Source of the DNA: an uncultured bacterium
Lineage (GTDB): Bacteria > Patescibacteriota > Minisyncoccia > Phycocordibacterales > GWA1-40-21
Length of the DNA stretch: 64,000 nt
Direction: 5' to 3'
Assembly (NCBI GenBank): GCA_903831305.1
Contig: CAIKXE010000005.1
Span: 11,288-75,287, forward strand
The position numbers and the translations under genes are program-made. Shown one piece after another: positions 57,471 through 64,000 of the stretch (within the stretch, counting starts at the first letter, position 1; each line of letters opens with the position of its first letter). The notes beneath the pieces were generated by a model. That model had not been told where the DNA came from. It searched no databases and saw nothing but the letters and a program-made list of their open reading frames with translations.

Positions 57471-58031
57471 CTATAAGCCAATAATCCCCCTTGCCACCCA
57501 CCCAACAACTAATATACCTACTCCATTAGCGATGAATGATATTAGTAAAAACGTTTTGTCTTTTATTTTTGATAAACCAAGCATCGCCACACCAATCTCA
57601 TCTGGAAAAGGAGAAGCAATAATTAAAGCGGCAATAAACGGAGTAAAGAATATAAATAAACGTGTTTTAAATATAGCAAAAAAACGCTTTGTTTTTTGAA
57701 AGGAAAGTAAGTAATTAATATCCTCTGAAATTCTATCTTTAACAAAACGAAAAATAATATAATCCCCCAAGGCAGCGCCTAAACCACCAATAATAGCTAC
57801 CATAATAAGTGGGGTTGTTTGTACCAAAACTCCAATTAACACAATAGCTGGAGCGGTGGTAAAGAAAGAAGTAAAAAACATTCCAGCAATAAGTATCGTC
57901 AGCCAACTTAAGCCATCAAAGGAATAAATAAATCTCTCAATTATTCCAGTTCTTAATGCTACAAGGGCAATACCAATACTTATTAGTAGGAATATAATGT
58001 CCTGGAATAATTGTTTTTTATTATTTTTCAT
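57471..58031 (-). CDS. DedA/TVP38-like small integral membrane protein
   Basis: 186 aa, 4-5 TM helices, with a GAALGDYIIFRFVKDR motif reminiscent of the DedA family. Confidence 0.4.
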   Translation of the reverse strand: MKNNKKQLFQDIIFLLISIGIALVALRTGIIERFIYSFDGLSWLTILIAGMFFTSFFTTAPAIVLIGVLVQTTPLIMVAIIGGLGAALGDYIIFRFVKDRISEDINYLLSFQKTKRFFAIFKTRLFIFFTPFIAALIIASPFPDEIGVAMLGLSKIKDKTFLLISFIANGVGILVVGWVARGIIGL

Positions 58032-58040
58032 TGTTCAATT

Positions 58041-60692
58041 TTATATTTTATTTTGTTTTCTTTTTATAATAATAAATTTGACTGTTTCCATCATAGCAAG
58101 ACAAATAAAACCAACTAAAATAACAGCCACTAACCAAAGTAAGGATAGTGAAACTGTAGACAGTAGTCTCTGTAGCACTGGAATATAAATTGCCATGATC
58201 ATTAATACTATACCAAGAAAAGAACTAATGTTTGTGAATATATTAGAGAAAGGATTATATTCCCAAATACTTTTATCCAGGCTCCTGACGGAGAATATAA
58301 GCATAAGGGTATAAATACCAAAAGATGCAAAAATAAATGTTCTTAATAAATCTTCATTTATTCCCAATTTAAACAAAACATAGTATAAAACAAATAGAAT
58401 TACGCTTGTCATAACTCCAACACCCCAAACCAATAATTTCATACTGCTGTCAAAAATTGAAGCACGGCTAATTTTTCCACGTAAATTTTTTCCATCTTCC
58501 TTTTCATCTTCGTAGGAAAGAGATATCGCTGGTAAACTGTCTGTAATAAAATTTACCCAAAGTATTTGAGCTGCCGTTAGAGGCATAGGTATACCTAATA
58601 TTATAGCCCCACCGATTAAAAGAATCTCATCAAAGAGAGATAGTAGACAAAATACCAAAACCTTTTTAATGTTTTGAAGGATTTTTCTTCCCTCATCTAT
58701 AGCTGAAACAATAGTATTAAAGCTATCATCTAATAATACTAAATCGGAGGCTTCTCGAGCAACTTCTGACCCAGAACCTATAGCAATACCGACGTCAGCC
58801 TGTTTTAAAGCCGGAGCATCATTTACCCCATCACCAGTCATTGCTACTATATAGCCCAGATCCTGAAACATTTTAGTGATTCTAACTTTAGACTGTGGAT
58901 TAATTCTAGAGAATATTTTGATATTACCTAGTCTTGATTTTAATTCTTCATCATCCAACAAATCTAATTCGTGTTGTTCAAGTACAGAATCACTGTCAAT
59001 CTTCATCCCTAATCCCTGAGCTACAGATATAGCTGTGCCAGTATGATCTCCAGTAATAATCACCGTTTTTATTCCATCATCATCTATTTCTTTGATAACC
59101 CCGCCAACATCCTTTCTAACTGGATCTTTAAGTAGAATATTTCCAAGATATTCAAGACCTACTATTGTGTCAATTTTTTTAAAGTCTATTTTTTTATTGG
59201 TTGACGTAACGGCTATTATTCTATAACCAGCGGTGGCATTTTTATGAATATTTTGTAAAATACTTCTCTTTTCATCTTCAGTCATCACTTTTTTACCATT
59301 CCAGTAAAAGGAACTGCACATTCCAATAACGATTTCGGGTGCTCCAATTAGTAATATTCTTTCTTCTCCACCCTCCATAATTCTAACAGCCGAAAATTTA
59401 TTTTTAGAATTAAAGGGTAATTTTTCAATAATTGGTGTATTTTTTCTCAGTTCAAACTCTTTAAGCCCAAAGTTTTCTGCCGCCTCTCTTACTAAGGAGG
59501 TATCCATTGGCTTACCCACAATCTTCCAATCTCTTATTGGGCTGTCAGGATTTTCCACCTGCGCGTCAGTACATAATATTGCATACTTTAATATTGTATT
59601 TTTATAGTCTGTTTCAAATGCAGTATTATCCATAAACGGGATATCAACCCCGACCAAACTCATATTACCCTCAGTTAGAGTACCTGTTTTGTCCGTGAGA
59701 ATTATTGAAGTATCACCCAGTGTTTCAGCAGAAAGTAATTTTCTAACAACTCCTTTTCTTTTTGCTAACTTTTCCACCCCCACAGCCAAGATAACAGTTA
59801 TTGCTATAGTTAAACCTTCAGGAATAGCTGCCACAACCACCGCTACAGACATCATAAACATTTCAAAAACTGAGTAATTATAGTATAAACCTAAAATAAA
59901 AATTGATATTGAAATAATCAATACCCCCCAAGTCAATTTTTTAGAAAAAACATCGATTTTTTTTTGAAGTGGCGTAGCCTCGTCGGTAATACTTGTTAAG
60001 AAGGTAGAAATAATACCAAATTCTGTGCTGGTGCCGGTTGAGGTGATAATGGCCGAACCCAGTCCGTCAGCTATTAGCGTCCCAGAAAATATCATAGATT
60101 TTCTATCACCTAATGAGGACTTTAATTTTGTTTCTCTGGTGTTTTTTTCCACCGGTAAAGATTCCCCAGTCAAAACCGATTCATCAATAATAAGGTTATT
60201 GGAATGAATTATCCTTCCATCAGCTGGGATTTTATCACCACTAGAAAAGTTAATAATATCTCCGGGCACCAATTCCTCTATAAGAATTTCTTTTATGTGG
60301 CCGTTCCGTAAAACTCTAGTTTTCTTTTGCAAGTAATTACTTAGACCACTCAATGCATTCTCGGCTTTATTTTCTTGATAAAAACCAAGAAAAGTATTAA
60401 TCACCACAGCTATGAATATAAAGATAGCGTCATTATAGTCCCTTAAAAATACGGTTGTCACTCCAGCAATAGCTAAGATATAAATTAGAGGACTCTTAAA
60501 TTGCCTCAGAAAAATTTTTAATTTAACAAAGTGTTTCTCTGAAATAATTTTATTTTCTCCAAAAATACTTCTTCTTTCTAAAACATCAGCGTCAGACAGG
60601 CCAGAAGTGGAGGATTTAAGAATCGCAATAGAATCCTCAATTGATATTGTCCAGAATGGTTCTTTTATAGTATTTTCATTTATTTGTGACAT
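58041..60692 (-). CDS. P2-type cation-transporting ATPase (Ca2+/Mg2+ PMCA/SERCA-like); start at internal Met (MSQINENTIKEPFW). The ORF-track 5' extension to 60932 lies inside the repeated element.
   Basis: DKTGTLTEG, TGDHTGTAISVA, GDGVNDAPALKQADVGIAIG, ten TM helices, and an N-terminal cation-ATPase N domain. Confidence 0.85.
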   Translation of the reverse strand: MSQINENTIKEPFWTISIEDSIAILKSSTSGLSDADVLERRSIFGENKIISEKHFVKLKIFLRQFKSPLIYILAIAGVTTVFLRDYNDAIFIFIAVVINTFLGFYQENKAENALSGLSNYLQKKTRVLRNGHIKEILIEELVPGDIINFSSGDKIPADGRIIHSNNLIIDESVLTGESLPVEKNTRETKLKSSLGDRKSMIFSGTLIADGLGSAIITSTGTSTEFGIISTFLTSITDEATPLQKKIDVFSKKLTWGVLIISISIFILGLYYNYSVFEMFMMSVAVVVAAIPEGLTIAITVILAVGVEKLAKRKGVVRKLLSAETLGDTSIILTDKTGTLTEGNMSLVGVDIPFMDNTAFETDYKNTILKYAILCTDAQVENPDSPIRDWKIVGKPMDTSLVREAAENFGLKEFELRKNTPIIEKLPFNSKNKFSAVRIMEGGEERILLIGAPEIVIGMCSSFYWNGKKVMTEDEKRSILQNIHKNATAGYRIIAVTSTNKKIDFKKIDTIVGLEYLGNILLKDPVRKDVGGVIKEIDDDGIKTVIITGDHTGTAISVAQGLGMKIDSDSVLEQHELDLLDDEELKSRLGNIKIFSRINPQSKVRITKMFQDLGYIVAMTGDGVNDAPALKQADVGIAIGSGSEVAREASDLVLLDDSFNTIVSAIDEGRKILQNIKKVLVFCLLSLFDEILLIGGAIILGIPMPLTAAQILWVNFITDSLPAISLSYEDEKEDGKNLRGKISRASIFDSSMKLLVWGVGVMTSVILFVLYYVLFKLGINEDLLRTFIFASFGIYTLMLIFSVRSLDKSIWEYNPFSNIFTNISSFLGIVLMIMAIYIPVLQRLLSTVSLSLLWLVAVILVGFICLAMMETVKFIIIKRKQNKI

Positions 60693-61293
60693 ACAATATA
60701 AGTATATCACTATTTTTCTAATAATATCAGGTTTCAGAGTCCATTTCCTAGCAAAAACATAACCATGTTTTGCAAGGTTAAAATTTTTGTGTGTCGGGTG
60801 AGTATTGGGGTGAGACCCAATATGCAAGACTTCGAGTATTTTATAGTCAAAAAGCGAGAAGTGTACAGATCCTGTAAGGATGGAACATGAGTACATTTCT
60901 CGGTTCTTACAGAACCAGTATCCCTTTCCCATTTACTCACAATATGAATTGCTCGTAAATATGAGAGAAGGGCTTCGAGTCCAACCACGCAAGCAATTCA
61001 GATTGCTTGCTCGGCGCACATAATTGTCAAGCAATTTGTGGTCACCCATAATTTTTTGCTGAAAATTTGCGCTACCCCGACTCGCGCCGCCGCGCTACGT
61101 CTCGCACACAGTAAAAGAAAAACACCTAAAAAGTAATAGGTGCTTTTCATATATTTACTGTGTGCGGAGTACTGGACGATGTTAGAACTGAACTAATGAA
61201 AAATAAAGTGATTCCGTATATACCCAACCTACTATTATGGTTTGAAAAACAAAAGTTAATTTACCCCACACCCTAGGACACTATATATTTTAA
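60693..61293. repeat. Copy 2 (longer, ~600 nt) of the repeated structured non-coding element, directly 5' of the P-type ATPase
   Basis: Same conserved blocks in the same order as copy 1. It also has a ~100-nt insertion with the hairpin TATTGGGGT-gag-ACCCAATA, and a GC-rich insertion (gcgctaccccgactcgcgccgccgcgctacg) bounded by the hairpin CACACAGTAAA...TTTACTGTGTG. Confidence 0.6.
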
Positions 61294-62523
61294 CTAAACC
61301 AAGGGATACTTCCCTTCTAATAAATTAGCTGTTACTAGTTTTAAATTACCAAGAATATTTTTTGCTGTTTCCTCAGCTTTTATCATATCAATTTTTTCTG
61401 TTGTATTTATTACAACTACCCAAGGATCTTCCAGTGGTCTGTCTATCTGACTAGAAATATATACTTCGCAAGGCACCTTTTGTTCTTCCCAAATCTTATT
61501 GGCAATATCTAACGCTGCAACAGAATAAATTTTACCTGCATGATATGAAGGATTCTTTCCACTTAAACCCTCTACACTGAACGGTCGTCTAGAAGATATT
61601 ACACCACCAAGCCTATTACCTCTACTAACCTGCCCTTCATCACCAGATTCAATACAAGAACCTGTTAATCTTAAATATAGCATCTCTTTATCAGTGTTAT
61701 CTCCTGGATTTAATGTAATTCTAACTTCCTTAAAATTATACTTTTCTTTTATTAGATCATTCACAATTTTAAGTGTAGTCTGATAATTATCTTTATACTC
61801 ATCAACAGAGTTTACACGTGAAGATAGTTGTGGAATTGAAATTGTTAAATCAACTTCATCTTTATGTCTAAAACCCATTATTTTACAATCAGCACCCATC
61901 CAAGGATACTTAATCCAGGCATCATCTGACGTTAACATTTGTTCAATATCTAAAATCATTTGTTCTAGTTTCGTAAAAGGCGCCCACCCACAACCTACAG
62001 CTGTATCATTAGATATTGGCCTAGTAGCTTCTGGTAGGTCTTTTATAGATCTTGGATGAAATCTGTTATGAATAGCAGAATTACCTTTATTTTCATTATC
62101 AATCATACCCCTGGTACTATTTGAAGTAACCTCCCACATAACCCTACAATCAGTTGAGAACCTAAAATTTCTAAGTTCTTTTTCTAAGAAATCAGAAGCG
62201 GTTTTAATTAACAATTCCTTAACATCTATTATTTCGTCACCAAACTTTGAAGTAACCCTACCATTAATAAGAAGCCGGACCGGTTCCTTAAAATTACCCC
62301 CGCCAAAACGAACATCGCACTTACCACCCATCAATGAAAGTTTATCGAACTGATGCCTTAAAACTACACCGTACTTATTTAGTGTATGTTTACTATATGT
62401 TCTTGAAAGTAATTCCGCCAAATGGTCAGATAGAGTGTCTGGGTGACCTCTACCTTTTCTTTCAGTAATTTCAAAATCACATACTCCAACACCTATTAAT
62501 TCTTTTGTTATGTTTATTTTCAT
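61294..62523 (-). CDS. Archaeal-type S-adenosylmethionine synthetase (MAT; PF01941 family)
   Basis: ITERKGRGHPDTLSDHLAELLS and HQFDKLSLMGG...FGGGNFKEPVRLLINGRVT match the archaeal MAT signature (ERKGxGHPDxxCD; FGGG). ~400 aa. It is not the bacterial MetK fold signature. Confidence 0.75.
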   Translation of the reverse strand: MKINITKELIGVGVCDFEITERKGRGHPDTLSDHLAELLSRTYSKHTLNKYGVVLRHQFDKLSLMGGKCDVRFGGGNFKEPVRLLINGRVTSKFGDEIIDVKELLIKTASDFLEKELRNFRFSTDCRVMWEVTSNSTRGMIDNENKGNSAIHNRFHPRSIKDLPEATRPISNDTAVGCGWAPFTKLEQMILDIEQMLTSDDAWIKYPWMGADCKIMGFRHKDEVDLTISIPQLSSRVNSVDEYKDNYQTTLKIVNDLIKEKYNFKEVRITLNPGDNTDKEMLYLRLTGSCIESGDEGQVSRGNRLGGVISSRRPFSVEGLSGKNPSYHAGKIYSVAALDIANKIWEEQKVPCEVYISSQIDRPLEDPWVVVINTTEKIDMIKAEETAKNILGNLKLVTANLLEGKYPLV

Positions 62524-63557
62524 ATTTTAATTAATTTAGACCTTTCAGATTCTACTAAATCAAGAACTATTATCTTCTGTTTATCGGTAATTTGCTTTTG
62601 TTTTGTATCTGAATCAGATATAAAAACCCTTTTTTCTTTTAGGTCCTTTGAGTATAAGTCGGAAACCTTTAAGACATTCCCTTTCTCCTCCTTAGATAGC
62701 TCAATATTCCATAATACTCTAATTATATCAAAAAAATCTGTCTTTATTTTGCAATAATCCAAAAATCTTGTTTGACTAGAATGATATTTTCTAGCATTAA
62801 TACAAAATATCCCCAATAACCTAGAGCAGAATTCTGATAAAGACATATTAATTATTTGATCTGAATCAATGTTTAGTATACCAGAAAAATAATTTGAATA
62901 TAATTTTTTACTTCTAAGCCAACCGGGTGGCCTTTCTATAACTGAGGCTAATACTTCTATGCCGTTTCTATGAATAAATAACCAGGGAACCTTCTCATAA
63001 CAATCTGGAATTAAATTTATAAATAAAATGTTCCAGCTTCGGAACTTAATAATAGTCTTTTTTGAAGTTATAGGTGCACAGGAATCAAGAACACCAAAAC
63101 ACGTCTTCAACAAAGACTTTTTAGTATCTGGATCTATATTTACTGCAGGATCTAAAATAGCATTAATAATAGTAGGTTCTGATAACACAAAAAAATTATC
63201 TGAGACTCCGAGCATCTGTGTAAATAATGTAGAACCACATCTAGACATATGAAAAATAAAACCTAATCTTTCCGCTAGTCTAGGATTCAGCAAATATTCC
63301 TTATACTGATTAATGAAATCCTTAATCGGAGTGTATACGACATTATTATCTGCTTCGTCGAAATATAGCGGCCTAGACAATAATTCATCCTCTCCTGGTA
63401 ATTTTACCTGTGATTCTAATATATTAAATTTTTTCACTAACGAATCAATAAAGAATGGTTCCTTAAAATAACTTCTAGAAAGTTTAAAAGAAACAACATT
63501 AATTACAGAATTAACTTCCCTTAAGGTAACCGGTAATTCTATAATGTCATCTCTCAT
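62520..63557 (-). CDS. Sulfotransferase-fold protein (PAPS-binding-like P-loop), hypothetical
   Basis: 5'-PSB-like FIFHMSRCGSTLFTQMLG and 3'-PB-like LFIHRNGIEVLASV motifs. Overlaps the MAT gene by 4 nt (translational coupling). Confidence 0.45.
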   Translation of the reverse strand: MRDDIIELPVTLREVNSVINVVSFKLSRSYFKEPFFIDSLVKKFNILESQVKLPGEDELLSRPLYFDEADNNVVYTPIKDFINQYKEYLLNPRLAERLGFIFHMSRCGSTLFTQMLGVSDNFFVLSEPTIINAILDPAVNIDPDTKKSLLKTCFGVLDSCAPITSKKTIIKFRSWNILFINLIPDCYEKVPWLFIHRNGIEVLASVIERPPGWLRSKKLYSNYFSGILNIDSDQIINMSLSEFCSRLLGIFCINARKYHSSQTRFLDYCKIKTDFFDIIRVLWNIELSKEEKGNVLKVSDLYSKDLKEKRVFISDSDTKQKQITDKQKIIVLDLVESERSKLIKI

Positions 63558-63559
63558 AT

Positions 63560-63964
63560 TTATTTTTTATTAATAATTTCCAGTAAATTTGCTTTTAAAA
63601 AAATATCAGGGAGTTTGAGCTGGTCCTGCAAACCCAAAGATCGAGCTATTCCATTTATAATTCTGACAAAATTGATACCTCGTTTAAGGTATTCCTTATC
63701 ATCTGAAGTCAAATTAATATTTTTTGAAATCTTTTCACTCAACCCTTTTATGATTTGAAATATTGGTTCCGGCGAATTTGGTAAAGCATCTACCAATAAA
63801 AAATCCCAAACTCCATTTTCTTGTGAAAATAAAACATTATCTTCTCCAGCTAAAGCTAAAATTTGTCCGGTTCTCTCAGCATATTCAATTGCGTTTTTTA
63901 CAAAAAGTTCTAATTGTTCCCTAAGTTGATTATCAGTTTCAGCCATTGTTATCAGATTAGACAA
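63560..63964 (-). CDS. Hypothetical protein (first gene of the MAT cassette)
   Basis: 134-aa ORF 2 nt upstream of the sulfotransferase-like gene; no recognised motifs. Confidence 0.35.
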   Translation of the reverse strand: MSNLITMAETDNQLREQLELFVKNAIEYAERTGQILALAGEDNVLFSQENGVWDFLLVDALPNSPEPIFQIIKGLSEKISKNINLTSDDKEYLKRGINFVRIINGIARSLGLQDQLKLPDIFLKANLLEIINKK

Positions 63965-64000
63965 TGATTTATTCCTTGAACAATCTTGAAGATCAAGGAA

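Noticed and set aside
60693-60932. N-terminal 80-codon extension of the P-type ATPase ORF
   Set aside because: The extension lies in the non-coding repeated element and has no similarity to cation-ATPase N-termini. The conserved N-domain starts at the internal Met (MSQINENTIKEPFW), so the start was moved to 60692.

Overview
This is a 64-kb AT-rich (~35-38% GC) bacterial chromosomal window. The gene content and compact, overlapping gene arrangement fit a small-genome Patescibacteria/CPR-like organism, but that placement is inference. Almost all of it is protein-coding; I found no rRNA, no convincing tRNA and no CRISPR array.

Core housekeeping blocks:
- aspS (3' part), scpA, scpB, then a dcw-like run: D-Ala-D-Ala carboxypeptidase, mraY, ftsW, murG, followed by gltX.
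- Ribosomal proteins L27, L9, S16 and L32, plus cysS, alr, a DEAD-box helicase, RNase R, dinB, a short SMC, RNase III, RNase HII and trmD.
- A NusB-Nudix fusion gene.
- A complete F1Fo ATP synthase operon (atpI-like, B, E, F, H, A, G, D, C).
- A P2-type cation ATPase with a DedA-like membrane protein.

Accessory and unusual content:
1. A variable region at ~20.2-29.1 kb. It holds three copies of a palindromic motif bracketing an ArsR regulator and an HExxH protein, then a very AT-rich GmrSD-type (DUF262+DUF1524) type IV restriction gene. Next comes a copper module: a CsoR repressor with a canonical ATACCCCC-A-GGGGGTAT operator, a CopA-type P1B ATPase, an HMA-fused DsbD/CcdA-like membrane protein and a cupredoxin-like protein.
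2. A GC-rich (~55%) island at ~39.24-40.7 kb carrying two tandem, degenerate Nudix-fold paralogs, directly after the NusB-Nudix fusion.
3. A 2272-aa surface protein built from repeated DUF2341-like/LamG-like/FN3 modules, with ~85-90% identical internal DNA repeats.
4. A solo wHTH + Cas2-like protein flanked by complex palindromic repeats.
5. An archaeal-type SAM synthetase in an AT-rich three-gene cassette with a sulfotransferase-fold protein.
6. Two direct copies of a structured non-coding element of roughly 320-600 nt (57150-57470 and 60693-61293). Their hairpins show compensatory base changes, and each sits 5' of a membrane-energetics or ion-pump gene on the minus strand. I consider this the best candidate for an undescribed cis-regulatory or small-RNA family in the window.

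Other non-coding candidates are two GC-rich, CCUCC-rich intergenic elements (11156-11327 and 41347-41494), a 19-bp-arm long-range inverted repeat at 32353-32472, and paired ~60-nt repeats between csoR and copA.
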